From an uncultured Myxococcales bacterium (GTDB lineage Bacteria > Myxococcota_A > UBA9042), in assembly GCA_903842345.1 (NCBI GenBank), contig CAIMLR010000042.1:92857-156856 (forward strand): DNA of 64,000 nt. Direction: 5' to 3'. Shown in pieces: positions 19,489 through 30,466 of this stretch (position 1 is the stretch's first letter; every line of letters begins with the position of its first letter). A program made the translations under genes and the position numbers. The notes below the pieces were generated by a model. The model was not told where the DNA came from and searched no databases. It saw only the letters and a program-made list of their open reading frames with translations.

Positions 19489-22400
19489 TCAGTTGATCTG
19501 CGCGTCGATCGCGGTGTAGCCGCCAGCCCGCACCATGTCTTTCAGCGTCAGCTGCATCTTCAGTCCGGTGCCCAAGCCCGGAATCAGGCTGCCGAGGTCA
19601 ATCGCCGGCAGCGGCACAACGATGTTGTCCAGTCCCGGAATGCCCTTGGCCAGCTGCGCGTCGATCTGCGTCTTGAGGATGTCCTCAAACGCGCCCTTCG
19701 CGTCCGCGAAGTCCTTGGTGATGTCGATAATCTCCATCATCAGGTTGAGCTTGGTGGCGTCGATCTTCACCGACAGCTCCTGCGCACCCGTCGTCGCGTT
19801 CTTGGCCATCGCGAGGTGCGCGGGCATGTCGGCATTCAGGAAGATGCCGATCGACAGCGGCTGGTCGCCGAGCTTCAGGTTCGCCTTCAGGTACACGTCG
19901 CCCGCCTGCACGCGCAGGTCCATGGGCGTCGGCTGCGCGCACGACTCGACGATCGGCGCGAGGAACAGGTCGACGTCAAACGTCGCGCCATCCAGCGAGA
20001 AGCCGCCGATCGAAGGCGCGCCCGCACCCGCCAAGCCGAGGCTCGCCGCGGTCAGCCCGTCCATCTTGAACGCGCCGCCGTACCAAATCGCCTGCAGCGC
20101 CTGGTTGATGATGTCGTCGTGCAGCGCGAGCTGCATGCGCTGCTTGTCGTCGATCACGAACTCGTCCTTGGCCTGACCCGGGCAGCCGACCTGCCGACCA
20201 ATCGAGCCGAGGTTGACGTGCGCCATCCCCTTGGGCGCCGACAGCTCCGCATCCAGCTTCACGAGGATGCCTTGCGGCGAAAACGTCAGCGTCGTCAGCC
20301 AACTGTTCAGTGTCAGCGTCACCGCGGGCATGCCCGGGATCAGCGCCGGCAGCGGCACGGCCTGGTTGATGGCGAACGTGTTGAGAATACCCAGCAGCAG
20401 CGGCGGAATCTGGTCGTTGAGCAGCTGCGTGATGGTGCCCTCCAGCGTGTTGATGTAGCTGCCGATGATCGCATTGGTGATGAAGTCGAAGAGGCCAAGC
20501 AGGCCGTTCAGGTGCAGCTTGAAGTTCTTGAGGTCGACCTTGGTGGAGATGACCTTGACCGTCGGGCCACCCGCAGGCGTCACGGCGACACCGAGCTGCG
20601 TCGCGATCTCGATCTGGCTCATCGTGATGTTGCCGGAGACCTTGATGGTGACGCTGATGGGACCGATCGACTGCTTGGCCTTGACCGCGATGTCGGCGTA
20701 GAAGTCATTGATCCAGATGTGCATTTTCATGCCGCCGTCGACCGGCTCCAGGGAAATTGTCGGCTTCTTGATCGAGAGGTTGGTGATCTTCACCTCGATC
20801 GCGCCTTGATTCAGGTTCGGCGGCAACAGCGCGTTCAGGTCCATGCCAGCCAGCGCCATCTCAATGATTGTCGCGAGATCATTGGGATTGTTGTAGTCGT
20901 GGACGCCGTCGTCGATGAAGTCCTTGCCGAGGAAGACCTGGATGCCGTCCTTGACGGGCGCGTCCTTGGGATGCGCGCCATCGGTCGGGTAGTACTGACC
21001 GGAGTAGTAGTAGCCGCGCGTCGCCTTGGACACCTGGCCGCCCAGGTCGGTCACCTCCACCTTCGCGGTATTCAGGCCGTGCTTGGCCGGCACTTGCGAC
21101 GCCCAGTTGGTCAGGCCCGTGTCCGGATCCGCGGAGCCCAGCACCGGCTTCTTCTTGGCCGCGTCGTCCCAGTTCGGCGTCAGCACCAGGTTGGCCAGAC
21201 CTGACGTGCCATCCGCCGCCGTTCCCGTCACTTGCACGGACGGCTTGCCGGTAATCGTGTCGCCCCAGTTCGGATAGTCGATCGTCAGCAGCGGCGGCGT
21301 GCCGTCCACGATGATCTGCACGTCCTTGGCGATGTCCGGCGCCTGATCGACCTGCAAATGCACGTTGTACTTGCCGTCGACGTTGAACTGCACCGTCTTG
21401 GGATCCTTGACTTTGTAGCCCTTGGCCGGATCCGTCACGGCCAGCGTCACGGTCGCGGATGGAATGATGTTGTCGTACGCATCCTTGACGACGCTGAGGA
21501 ACTGCACTTTTTCGGCATCCGCGTAGACGACCTTGGCCGGCACGGTCTGCACCTGCAGCAGCGCGGGCGGCCCCGGATCGACGAGCAGCGACGCCGGATG
21601 CAGCTGGTAGGCGTTCCAGTCGCCCGTTTCCGGCACGCAGGCGACCTTGTGGGCGCCGGCTTTCGTCGACGTGACGTAGAGGCCCGTGAGCTTGATGTCT
21701 TTGTCGCCGGAGAAGTCGATGGAGAACGGAAAATCCGGGATCGGATTGCCAAAAGCATCGTTGGCGACGCACGTCACCGAGCTCGCCGCGCCGGCTTCCA
21801 GCTCCGGCGGATCGAGAATCGCAAACAGGTGCACCGGCACGTCCGCATGGACATGCAGCGGCGCGGGCGTCTGATCGGCGAGGCCATCGACGATGCACGC
21901 GATCTGGTAGTCGCCAGCCTTCTTGAGCTGCGTCGTGAACGCCTTGGGCTGCGGCGCGTCGACGGGCGACACTTTCACGGAGAAGCCGTCAAGGACCTCA
22001 TTGCCGTACTTGTCCGCAGCCGTGCACGTCACCGCAACCGGCGTATTGGCGACGACGTCCGTGGGCGCGGGCGTCCCGGGCGCGCTGCCCGCGGGCGGCT
22101 GCAACTGCGTGTCGAGCGTCACCGCGAGGCCAGCGAGGACGTCCAAATCGGCAGGCGTCGGATCGACAAGCTTGTACGCCGGCAGTTGGCAAGCCACCTG
22201 ATACAGGCCGACCTTGGCCAGCGTCACGTGCACATCCTGCACGGCGACCGGCTGCCCGGGGCCGCCAGTAATCGTCACCGTCGCGGCTGACGGGAGCGGC
22301 ACTTCGGCGCCATAGCCCTGGTTCGCGTCGTCCGCGACAACCGGCTTGAACGTGCGGCACTTCACGGCAAAAGGGATCCCCGCGCGGGCGTCGCCGATGA

Positions 22401-22590
22401 TTTCCGTTTCCAGTTTGAGCGTCGTCGGGTCAACCGTGCCGTCGCCATTGCCGCCATTGCCGCCATTGATGCTGCCGGAACCCGCGTCGGGCGACGGATC
22501 GCTGCACGCGGACAGGCCCAAGGCGCTGACAGTGAAGAACCACGCGGCCACAGATGCCAGCGAATTCAATCGGCCAAACCGTCCGGACAT
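19489..22590 (-). CDS. 1,033-aa secreted lipoprotein. It has N-terminal Ig-like beta domains and a C-terminal tandem BPI/LBP/CETP-like (TULIP) lipid-binding fold, which is inferred.
   Basis: Lipobox 'ALGLSAC'. The N-terminal half has repeated roughly 100-aa Cys-pair segments ('…YQVACQL…', '…YQIACIV…', '…HKVACVP…'). The C-terminal roughly 430 aa are Cys-poor and their sequence pattern is collinear with both halves of mammalian BPI (details in findings). The ORF-track start at 22710 is an upstream extension; the start used is ATG 22590. Confidence 0.7.
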   Translation of the reverse strand: MSGRFGRLNSLASVAAWFFTVSALGLSACSDPSPDAGSGSINGGNGGNGDGTVDPTTLKLETEIIGDARAGIPFAVKCRTFKPVVADDANQGYGAEVPLPSAATVTITGGPGQPVAVQDVHVTLAKVGLYQVACQLPAYKLVDPTPADLDVLAGLAVTLDTQLQPPAGSAPGTPAPTDVVANTPVAVTCTAADKYGNEVLDGFSVKVSPVDAPQPKAFTTQLKKAGDYQIACIVDGLADQTPAPLHVHADVPVHLFAILDPPELEAGAASSVTCVANDAFGNPIPDFPFSIDFSGDKDIKLTGLYVTSTKAGAHKVACVPETGDWNAYQLHPASLLVDPGPPALLQVQTVPAKVVYADAEKVQFLSVVKDAYDNIIPSATVTLAVTDPAKGYKVKDPKTVQFNVDGKYNVHLQVDQAPDIAKDVQIIVDGTPPLLTIDYPNWGDTITGKPSVQVTGTAADGTSGLANLVLTPNWDDAAKKKPVLGSADPDTGLTNWASQVPAKHGLNTAKVEVTDLGGQVSKATRGYYYSGQYYPTDGAHPKDAPVKDGIQVFLGKDFIDDGVHDYNNPNDLATIIEMALAGMDLNALLPPNLNQGAIEVKITNLSIKKPTISLEPVDGGMKMHIWINDFYADIAVKAKQSIGPISVTIKVSGNITMSQIEIATQLGVAVTPAGGPTVKVISTKVDLKNFKLHLNGLLGLFDFITNAIIGSYINTLEGTITQLLNDQIPPLLLGILNTFAINQAVPLPALIPGMPAVTLTLNSWLTTLTFSPQGILVKLDAELSAPKGMAHVNLGSIGRQVGCPGQAKDEFVIDDKQRMQLALHDDIINQALQAIWYGGAFKMDGLTAASLGLAGAGAPSIGGFSLDGATFDVDLFLAPIVESCAQPTPMDLRVQAGDVYLKANLKLGDQPLSIGIFLNADMPAHLAMAKNATTGAQELSVKIDATKLNLMMEIIDITKDFADAKGAFEDILKTQIDAQLAKGIPGLDNIVVPLPAIDLGSLIPGLGTGLKMQLTLKDMVRAGGYTAIDAQIN

Positions 22591-22759
22591 TGCGGGCCTC
22601 GTGTTCGTGCAGGAAGCGTTGCCCGCGCCGGCCCGTCGTGTCGCACCCACAACACAACGCCACGCGCAGACTTCCACTTGCAGCGTAACGCCCATGGCCG
22701 CGCAACGCAACGACTAGTTTTTCAGCAACGATTTCAAAATGCTACACACAACGCGGCGG

Positions 22760-23950
22760 CTACTTGCTGTAGACCTTTGGCGTGCCGGTCAGCGCGCGCG
22801 CCTTGGCGAAGTGCTCGGTCCCATCGGCCACGTCGGTCTCAAACGTCGCGGCGCGCGCGTTGAGATCGGCCAGGTCAGACGCCAGGTCGATCGCCTTGAG
22901 CGGCACCGTCGCGCCCGTGCTGCTTTCCATGACAAACGGATGCAGGGACAGCCGGCCGTAGCGGTCCGGCTTCACCGCGGTGAAAATCAGGTACGTCGCG
23001 CCTGTCTGCTTGCCCAGCTTCCCCGCCGGAATGCGGCACTTGTCTGAGGCGAACGCGCCCGCTTTCGCGCAATCTTCCATCGCGTCGATGCCGAATTCGA
23101 CTTCCTTGCGCGGCGCCTTCTCCTTCTTCACTTCGACGAGCTTGGCCGTCACCGTCATTTCCTTGTTCTTGATCTTCACGGCCGTGGCCCACGGCTGCCA
23201 GTTGTTGCCGCGCACTTGCACGTAGTGCGTCCCCGGCGGCACCGGCGTCGACTTGCCCGGCAGCGCGCCGATCTTCACGCCGTCGACGAACACTTCCGCG
23301 CCCTCGCCCGCGCCTTCCACGGCGATGGCAAAGCGCTTGCCGTTCTCCAGCCGCTCATGGACGCTGTCAAACGCGTCGAGCAACACCTTTTCCTGCTTGC
23401 GGCGATCGATCACGAGCGTCGGTTGGATCGTCACGCCCGCTTCAAACAACCGCGTCGCTTCGGCCAGACCGCCGCCCGTGACGTACGCCGTCAGGCCAGC
23501 GCGCGCATACGCATCGGCCAACTTGGAAAAATCCACGAGTTCCGCCGACGACCGCTCATACGCGGCGATCGCGTCGCGGAACTTGGCCAGCGCTTCCTTG
23601 GGCTTGCCGTCCGCGGCCAGATCCGTGCCTTCCTGCCGCCACATGTCGGCTTCGTCGATGTGCCGCGACTGCGGCGTCGACTTGACCGGCGCGGTCTTGT
23701 CCTTGGGCAGCGCCGGCTTCTCCGCGCGATCCTTGTCCGTCAGCAGGTCCAGGCGGCTCGACGAGGCGAGCGCGTCAGACAGCGATTTCTGGATGCGTTT
23801 TTCGTAGATCGCCCGCACCTCGCCGACGTAAATCGCCGGCACGAGCATCACTTTGGGCTTGCTCGCGTCGGCGTTCTGCGGCTCAGCAGCGGCAGCCAGC
23901 GCCGGCCAAGCGAGCACACAGGCCAGCCAAAGGTTCGATCGGATTGTCAT
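22760..23950 (-). CDS. Periplasmic PEGA-domain protein
   Basis: Signal peptide 'LWLACVLAWPALAAAA'. PEGA-like segment 'GAEVFVDGVKIGALPGKSTPVPPGTHYVQV'. Confidence 0.6.
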   Translation of the reverse strand: MTIRSNLWLACVLAWPALAAAAEPQNADASKPKVMLVPAIYVGEVRAIYEKRIQKSLSDALASSSRLDLLTDKDRAEKPALPKDKTAPVKSTPQSRHIDEADMWRQEGTDLAADGKPKEALAKFRDAIAAYERSSAELVDFSKLADAYARAGLTAYVTGGGLAEATRLFEAGVTIQPTLVIDRRKQEKVLLDAFDSVHERLENGKRFAIAVEGAGEGAEVFVDGVKIGALPGKSTPVPPGTHYVQVRGNNWQPWATAVKIKNKEMTVTAKLVEVKKEKAPRKEVEFGIDAMEDCAKAGAFASDKCRIPAGKLGKQTGATYLIFTAVKPDRYGRLSLHPFVMESSTGATVPLKAIDLASDLADLNARAATFETDVADGTEHFAKARALTGTPKVYSK

Positions 23951-24065
23951 TTCTCGCCTCGTTGGGGGTTGGAGCCCGGCACGCGTCCGGCATGAAGCGC
24001 CTCGGACGTTAGCCAGAACGCGCGATGTGTGCAAACGCTTCAGGCAATCCGGCCGCCGCGACGCG

Positions 24066-24809
24066 TCACCAGCTCGCCGTCCGCCCGCCGTCGACGGTCA
24101 GGAAGCTGCCGGTCACAAATCGGCTGCACTGGCTCAAATACACCACGGTTTCAGCGATCGCCCGGCTGCCGGCCCCGGGGTCGGCGGCCATCAACTGCCC
24201 TTGCGGCACGATGTCCAGCAGGCGCTGCCACACGGATTCAGGCAGATCGTCCGGCCGCAGCACGGCGCCGGGCACAATCGCGTTCACCGTGACGTCAGGC
24301 GCCAGCTCAGCGGCCAAACCGCGCACGGCGGCATGCAGCGCGGCCTTGGCCATCGAGTGCGCCAAATAGCCGTGGAACGGAATTTGCGCCGCCAAATCGC
24401 CAAGTATGACGATGCGGCCATCCCCGGACGCCGAGAGGAACGGGTGGGCCGCCAGCGCCAGCGCGACCGGCGCCCGGGCATTTTGAGCGAACGCCAGGTC
24501 GAGTTGCGCCGTGTCCAACGCGGCGATCGGCGTCAAGTCGTAGCTGGCCGCCGCGAGCACCAGCAGCGAGAGGCCGCCCAGGTGCTCCGCCGCAGCCGCA
24601 GCCAGTCGCGGCAGGGCAGCGCTATCGGTCAATTCAGCCTGCAGGGCGATCGCCCGGCGACCCAGCGCGTGGGCGGCGGCCACGACTTCTTCGGCGGCAT
24701 GCGGGTCGCGGCGATACTGGATCGCGACGTCAAAGCCCGCCTCGGCCAGCGCCAGCGCAATCGCCCGGCCAAGCCGTTTGTGTCCCGCGGTAATCAGCGC
24801 CTTCTTCAC
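24066..24809 (-). CDS. Short-chain dehydrogenase/reductase (SDR) family oxidoreductase
   Basis: Rossmann fold 'ALITAGHKRLGRAIALALAEAGFDVAI'. The YxxxK active site is in the expected place. Confidence 0.8.
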   Translation of the reverse strand: MKKALITAGHKRLGRAIALALAEAGFDVAIQYRRDPHAAEEVVAAAHALGRRAIALQAELTDSAALPRLAAAAAEHLGGLSLLVLAAASYDLTPIAALDTAQLDLAFAQNARAPVALALAAHPFLSASGDGRIVILGDLAAQIPFHGYLAHSMAKAALHAAVRGLAAELAPDVTVNAIVPGAVLRPDDLPESVWQRLLDIVPQGQLMAADPGAGSRAIAETVVYLSQCSRFVTGSFLTVDGGRTASW

Positions 24810-25660
24810 GGGGCCTCCCTCAAGAAATCGCCCACGTCAGCGACGAATCGGCTTGGTTCTTCTTCCTGCGGACAGTGGCCGCTGGCATCGTACACAAGCA
24901 GGCGCGCTTGTGGCACGCGGCGCTCCACGTGGCGGATGATGTGGCGCGGGACAAGCCGGTCGTGGCGCCCCCAAATCAGCAGCGTGGGCGCCTGCACGCG
25001 CGGCAGCAACGGCTCCAGGGCTTGCAGGTCCTTGCGAAACGTCCTGGCGATGCGCAGCGTTGCGACGATTCCGCCCGGGGAACGCAGCGGCGCCAGGAAA
25101 TGCGCCATGTAGTGGTCGTCGATCGGCAGGTGCTTGTACGCGCCGTGCGTCAGGCCGAGCTTGAGGATCAGCGCGAAGCCCGGCAGCGCCCACAGCGGCG
25201 CCAGCGCTTCATGCTGCGTCTCCGCCAGCAACGCCGCCGGGAACATGCCGTGGGCCGCGGGACCGACGAGGATGAGCTTCTGCACGCGATCCGGGTGCGC
25301 CGCAGCCAACCAAAGCGCAAGCGCGCCGCCCATCGAACTTCCGCAGACGTGCGCGGACGGCAGCTCCAGCCGCTCGAGCAGTTCGACGAGCCGCGCCACT
25401 TGCGCCGGATAGCGGTAGTCGACGCCCGCCGGCTTGTCTGACCAGCCGATGCCCGGCAGGCACACGGCGATGACGTCAAACCGCTGACAGAGCTGCGGCA
25501 GCACAAAGCGCCAAGCCCACGACGATTGGGCAAAGCCGTGGATCAGCAGCAGCGGCGGTCCCGCGTGCGGACGCGGCCGGACAAAGTGCACGCGCGCGCC
25601 GGAGAACGACGTCAGCGCCAGCCATTGGCCAGCCGGATGCCAGGAGTGCGTGGTGTCCAT
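24806..25660 (-). CDS. Alpha/beta-fold hydrolase
   Basis: 'LLLIHGF' oxyanion motif and 'GSSMGG' nucleophile elbow. The likely start 'MDTTHSW' is at 25660. Confidence 0.8.
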   Translation of the reverse strand: MDTTHSWHPAGQWLALTSFSGARVHFVRPRPHAGPPLLLIHGFAQSSWAWRFVLPQLCQRFDVIAVCLPGIGWSDKPAGVDYRYPAQVARLVELLERLELPSAHVCGSSMGGALALWLAAAHPDRVQKLILVGPAAHGMFPAALLAETQHEALAPLWALPGFALILKLGLTHGAYKHLPIDDHYMAHFLAPLRSPGGIVATLRIARTFRKDLQALEPLLPRVQAPTLLIWGRHDRLVPRHIIRHVERRVPQARLLVYDASGHCPQEEEPSRFVADVGDFLREAP

Positions 25661-26349
25661 CACGGCGCCAGATCGCTGTTGAGCGCCGGCAGCGTGACGC
25701 CAAACGTGCCCTCGACGTCGACCGTGTTCAGCGCGGACTTGCACGCGGCTGCGACGGCGGTGGCGTCCTTGCAATCGTCATTGGCGCCGAGGAATTGCTG
25801 CAAGTGGCCGGCGAAACGGCCCGTGACGAGCCCGCCCGGCGTCGCGCTCCACTGCTTGACGTTGATGTCGCCGGCCAAGCCGGGACACGTCGAACGGTAG
25901 CGGATGTTGCCGTAGGAGAAGTCGAGGTAGGGCGGCGTGCAGCTGAACGGATAGTCGGCGGCTTTGGGTACGAACGGCGGGAAGCCCGGCGCGTTGACGA
26001 GGTTGCCGAGCACGAAGTTGAGGTCGAGCGGGTCCTTGAACGCGCCCAGCTGCCACGTGTCGTGGATCGCCAGCGAAACGGCCGGCGGCTGCATGTGCGT
26101 GTCGCCAAAAACGACCGTGCTCGAGGTGCCGGTCAGGTCGCGCTGCACGGTGAACGTGCGACCGTCGAACTTCTGGCCGTGGAACGTGAACTTGATGCAG
26201 TAGCCCTGCTTCCAGTTCTCGCCGCAGTCGACGCCCGCGCTGGTGTCGTTCGCGACGGCGGCATCCTCCACAGCCGCCGTTTCCGCCGGGGCGGCTGTGC
26301 TGCCGCAGGCCGCGACGCAGAAGCCCAGGATCAGGATGAAAGCGCGCAT
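25660..26349 (-). CDS. Secreted lipoprotein, hypothetical
   Basis: Lipobox 'VAACGS' after ATG at 26349. The upstream extension in the ORF track is rejected. Confidence 0.5.
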   Translation of the reverse strand: MRAFILILGFCVAACGSTAAPAETAAVEDAAVANDTSAGVDCGENWKQGYCIKFTFHGQKFDGRTFTVQRDLTGTSSTVVFGDTHMQPPAVSLAIHDTWQLGAFKDPLDLNFVLGNLVNAPGFPPFVPKAADYPFSCTPPYLDFSYGNIRYRSTCPGLAGDINVKQWSATPGGLVTGRFAGHLQQFLGANDDCKDATAVAAACKSALNTVDVEGTFGVTLPALNSDLAP

Positions 26350-26491
26350 TCTGGCTCTCCAACGGTGCGGCGCGAACCAGCCGCAGCGACGATCTTGGTC
26401 GCATGCCGACCCACACGCAAGCACGCCGGCTCGCTTGTGCCAATGGCCGGAAGACTGCAAACTGCTGAAGTTTGTCGCCGAGGCGCCCCAG

Positions 26492-29400
26492 ATGTCCCAC
26501 CCGTTCCGCATCCTTGTGCCCCTGCTGCTGCTGATTTCCAGCGCTTGCGGCGAAATTCAGATCGTGCCGCTGGACACCGCGCCAGAGGACGCGCTGGCGG
26601 ATACGGGCGATGCGGTGGCGCTCCCGCTGTCCGTGACAATCGAGTCGCCGCACAACGGCGCTTCGGTCAACGTCGGCGAGACGATTCATTTCTCCGCGCT
26701 GGTGACCGGCGGGACGGTGGCCTATGACCTGCTGACCGCGACGTGGACGACTGCGGACAAGAAGGTGTTGGCTACTGGGCCACTGGACGCCGCGGGGCGC
26801 TCCGCGTTTGACAAGGCGGACCTGCCCGCCGGGCCGCAGTCGCTCCATGTGGAAGTGACCGACGGCAACGGCGCGCATGCCGGCCGCGACCTTGGGCTGC
26901 TGATCAACACGCCGCCGACCGCGCCGTCGGTGAGCATCAAGCCGGAGAAGCCGACGACGCTGGACGACCTCGTGCCGGTGCTGATCAAGCCGCCGACGGA
27001 CATCGACCGCGCGCCGGACAAGCTGCACGTGCGTTTTGACTGGCACAAGGCGGGCGAAACGACGGTGCATCCCGGCGGCGCGAACGGCGAACTGATGGCG
27101 GGGACGCACAAGCGCGGCGAGACGTGGATTGTGACCGCAGTCGCCAATGACGGCACGGGCGACAGTCCCGGCGCGACGGCGCAGGTGGTGATTGGCGATG
27201 CGCCGCCCAACGTGCCGGTGCTGAAGATCACGCCGGCGAATGCGGATTTGCTGAGCGACGTGACGTGCGAGCTGGTGACGCCCGCCAGCGACGTCGACGG
27301 CGATGCGGTCACGGTGGCGTGGGGCTGGCGCGTCGGCGCGTACGTGAACCCGGGCGTGACGACGCAGACCGTCAACATCGACAAGCTGGCGTCGGACGCC
27401 AAGGGCACGTCGCTGCTGGCGGGCGCGCAGGTCTACTGCACCGCGCTCGCGTCCGACGACCAGGTGAGCGCGCCGCTGGCGACGAGTCCCACGCTGACGG
27501 TGCAGGCTTTTGACGTCTGCAAGTCCAAGCTCGACCCGTGCGACAAGAAGGCCACGTGCGTCAACTCCAGCACGCTCGAGCCGACGTGCACGTGCAACAG
27601 CGGCTTCACCGGCGACGGCTATTTCTGCCTGGACATCGACGAATGCGCGTCCGGCTACTGCAGCGTCAACGCCACCTGCAACAACACGATCGGCGGCTTT
27701 CAGTGCACCTGCAAGGACGGCTACACCGGCAACGGCGTGACCTGTACCGACGTCGACGAGTGCCAAGCCACGCCCGCACCGTGCGGCGTCAACGGCGCAT
27801 GCACAAACAAGGACGGCAGCTACCTCTGCACCTGCCAACCCGGCTATTCCGGCGACGGGGTGACGTGCAAGGACGTCGACGAGTGCCAAATCGTCCCGGA
27901 AGTGTGCGACGCCAACGCGGCGTGCAAGAACAGCATCGGCAGCCACACCTGCACGTGCGACAAGGGCTTCCTCGGCGACGGCAGCTTCTGCGTGGACATC
28001 GACGAATGCCTGGACGGCACCACCGGGTGCTCGCCGGACTCAAACTGCACCAACAAGCCGGGCGGCTTCTACTGCCAGTGCAAACCCGGCTACAAGGGCG
28101 ACGGCAAGATCTGCGTGCAACAGGACGAATGCCAGAACGGCGACGCGATCTGCTCCCCCGACGCGCTGTGCACCGACACGCCGGGCAGCTACACGTGCAC
28201 GTGCAAGACCGGCTTCACCGGCGACGGCAAGGACTGCACGGACATCGACGAGTGCGCCACGGGCGCGTTGACCTGCGGTGCGCATGCGGCGTGCAAGAAC
28301 ACGGTCCCGGGTGCGCAGTGCGTGTGCCAGACGGGCTATTTCATGGACGCGACCGGCGCGTGCGTGAACATCAACGAGTGCGCTGCCGCCGTGTACCCGT
28401 GCGACGTCAACGCGTCGTGCGCCGACACGGACGGCAGTTACACCTGCACGTGCAATGGCCCGATCTACTCGGGCTCGGGCAAGTACTGCAGCCAGAACGA
28501 CCTGTGCAAAACGACGACGTGCGCCAACAACGCCACGTGCGCGATGGTCGGCGCCGACCCCATCTGCACGTGCGATTCCGGCTACAGCGGCTTTGGCAAC
28601 ATCGGCTGCACGGAGGTCGACGAGTGCGCGCTGGGGATCGCGACCTGCTCAGGCAGCGCGACGTGCACCAACACGCCGGGCAGCTACACCTGCGCGTGCA
28701 ACCCAGGATTCACGGGGGACGGATTCACGTGCGTGGACGTCAACGAGTGCGCCACGACGGCGAGCCCGTGCGCAGTCGACGCCACCTGCAAGAACACGCC
28801 GGGCAGCTTCACGTGCAACTGCAAGCCGGGCTATTCGGGCTATGGCACCGCGTGCACGGACATCGACGAATGCGCCGCCACCGTCCCGCCATGCAGCGCC
28901 AGCGCGACGTGCAGCAACACACTGGGCAGCTTCCAGTGCACCTGCGACGCCGGCTTCGCGGGCGACGGCGTGACGTGCACGGACATCAACGAGTGCGTCC
29001 TGGGCACCGCGGGATGCGCCCCCGACGCGACGTGCAGCAACACGCCGGGCGGCTTCCAGTGCGCCTGCAACGCCGGGTTCACCGGCGACGGCAAGACCTG
29101 CGCGGACATCAACGAATGCACAAACGGCGTCGCCAACTGCAGCCCCAACGCCGCGTGCAACAACACGCCCGGCAGCTTCAACTGCGCCTGCAAATCCGGC
29201 TTCAGCGGCGACGGCAAGACGTGCACGGACATTGACGAGTGCCCGGCCATCGACTGGTCGTGGGACTTCAACAGCATTGGCGTCAGCGGCTGGACGCTGG
29301 ACCCGCCGAACCTGTACGCGCCGAGCAATCCGCAGTCATCGGGCGTGCCGCCCAGCGTCGCCTGGCAGCTGTGGAACGGCGTGCTCTACTACGGCAATCC

Positions 29401-30466
29401 GGCGGTGGGCAATTACGCAACGGCGGTCGGCGGCGACACGTGGGCCAACAAGGGCAACGCGACGGGACCGAGCGTGACACTGTCCTCGCACCCGTGGCAT
29501 CACCTCGGCTTTGACGTGCTCATCAACACCGACGTCGGGACGTACTACGACAAGTTCCTCGTGCAGTTGGTCATCGGCTCGGGCACGAGCGAGCAGGTCG
29601 TGACGGTGTGGGACAAAGCCTCGCAGACCGCGGCGATGGGCGTCAACAAGCACTACACGGTGTACTTGAACGGCTACGGCGGCAAATCCGTGCGCGTCCG
29701 CTTCGCCTTTGACACGGTGGACGGCGGCAACAACGCGACGCAGGGCGTGGAGGTCAGCAATCTCTCGATTCGCGGCGCCGGCACACCGTGCAACCCCTAC
29801 GCGGAATGCGCCAACACGCCCGGGAGCTTCACGTGCACGTGCAACGCGCCGTACGCGGGCGATGGCGTGCAGGCGTGCAACGTCCTGGGCTCGCAGAGCC
29901 AGCCCGCGGCCAACTGCAAGGCGATCTTCGACCTGGACGGCACGCTCGCCGACGGGTTCTACTGGCTGAAATGGACCGCCGCGCCCGCCACCCAGATGTG
30001 GTGCGACAGCGCCGGCTGGACGCGCGTCGTGCAGAACGACTTCAACGCGAGCGCGGGCACCTGGTCGCCCAAGACGCTGACGACGTGCGGCAGCAGCGGC
30101 CTCCTGGGCGGCGTCGGCGTGGCCGGCAAGAACTACGCGATGAGCGACTCGATCGGCAGCCTGCCCAGCCACAGCCAGATGCGTGTCCAGGGCACCGTGC
30201 AGTGCATCGACGCGTGGCTCGGCGAGGCCGTGATGCTGCAGGTCGACGGCCTGCAGGTCTGGACGGACAAAGTGGTCAACCCGATGGCGACGGGCAGCAC
30301 GCCCGACTCCTGCGGCAACACGACGCTCGCCGACTTGAAGCGCTACCCCAAGGCAACGTTTGACCATGCGTCGGCCAACGCCCTCATCCAGTTCAGTTCG
30401 ACCCTGAACAGCGACGCCGCGACCGCGTCGTACGGCATCGACGACATCAACGTCTGGGTCAAATGA
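26492..30466 (+). CDS. Giant secreted multidomain protein (1,325 aa) with four parts: Ig-like N-terminal region; about 15 tandem EGF domains, mostly calcium-binding type; a beta-rich region; and a fibrinogen-related-domain-like C-terminus.
   Basis: Signal peptide '[14 protein letters not shown]'. There are 13 or more repeats of 'D(I/V)(D/N)EC…C.N..G(S/G)(F/Y).C.C..G(F/Y).GDG..C', for example '[38 protein letters not shown]'. The C-terminal '[21 protein letters not shown]…[14 protein letters not shown]' matches the fibrinogen C-domain A-subdomain pattern. Confidence 0.85.
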   Translation: MSHPFRILVPLLLLISSACGEIQIVPLDTAPEDALADTGDAVALPLSVTIESPHNGASVNVGETIHFSALVTGGTVAYDLLTATWTTADKKVLATGPLDAAGRSAFDKADLPAGPQSLHVEVTDGNGAHAGRDLGLLINTPPTAPSVSIKPEKPTTLDDLVPVLIKPPTDIDRAPDKLHVRFDWHKAGETTVHPGGANGELMAGTHKRGETWIVTAVANDGTGDSPGATAQVVIGDAPPNVPVLKITPANADLLSDVTCELVTPASDVDGDAVTVAWGWRVGAYVNPGVTTQTVNIDKLASDAKGTSLLAGAQVYCTALASDDQVSAPLATSPTLTVQAFDVCKSKLDPCDKKATCVNSSTLEPTCTCNSGFTGDGYFCLDIDECASGYCSVNATCNNTIGGFQCTCKDGYTGNGVTCTDVDECQATPAPCGVNGACTNKDGSYLCTCQPGYSGDGVTCKDVDECQIVPEVCDANAACKNSIGSHTCTCDKGFLGDGSFCVDIDECLDGTTGCSPDSNCTNKPGGFYCQCKPGYKGDGKICVQQDECQNGDAICSPDALCTDTPGSYTCTCKTGFTGDGKDCTDIDECATGALTCGAHAACKNTVPGAQCVCQTGYFMDATGACVNINECAAAVYPCDVNASCADTDGSYTCTCNGPIYSGSGKYCSQNDLCKTTTCANNATCAMVGADPICTCDSGYSGFGNIGCTEVDECALGIATCSGSATCTNTPGSYTCACNPGFTGDGFTCVDVNECATTASPCAVDATCKNTPGSFTCNCKPGYSGYGTACTDIDECAATVPPCSASATCSNTLGSFQCTCDAGFAGDGVTCTDINECVLGTAGCAPDATCSNTPGGFQCACNAGFTGDGKTCADINECTNGVANCSPNAACNNTPGSFNCACKSGFSGDGKTCTDIDECPAIDWSWDFNSIGVSGWTLDPPNLYAPSNPQSSGVPPSVAWQLWNGVLYYGNPAVGNYATAVGGDTWANKGNATGPSVTLSSHPWHHLGFDVLINTDVGTYYDKFLVQLVIGSGTSEQVVTVWDKASQTAAMGVNKHYTVYLNGYGGKSVRVRFAFDTVDGGNNATQGVEVSNLSIRGAGTPCNPYAECANTPGSFTCTCNAPYAGDGVQACNVLGSQSQPAANCKAIFDLDGTLADGFYWLKWTAAPATQMWCDSAGWTRVVQNDFNASAGTWSPKTLTTCGSSGLLGGVGVAGKNYAMSDSIGSLPSHSQMRVQGTVQCIDAWLGEAVMLQVDGLQVWTDKVVNPMATGSTPDSCGNTTLADLKRYPKATFDHASANALIQFSSTLNSDAATASYGIDDINVWVK
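27508..29245 (+). repeat. Intragenic tandem array of about 15 EGF-module coding repeats (roughly 115-125 bp each)
   Basis: The protein-level repeat 'D(I/V)DEC…C.N..G.F.C.C..G…GDG..C' recurs with a period of about 40 aa. Confidence 0.85.

Noticed and set aside
17229-19496. 755-aa + strand ORF opposite the MopE-repeat gene; also 27538..29235 (+, frame-shifted inside the EGF gene), 29336..30367 (-), 32980..34500 (-), 49419..51233 (-), 51983..53353 (-), 54571..56004 (+) and 61842..63242 (+)
   Set aside because: All are overlapped by genes with strong domain evidence on the other strand or frame. Their translations are Arg/Ala/Pro homopolymer-like.
29880-30466. Calling the C-terminus of the EGF protein a complete fibrinogen domain
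   Set aside because: Only the A-subdomain motif is recognisable. The PROSITE 'WW..C…NG' B-subdomain signature is absent, so it is labelled FReD-like rather than bona fide.
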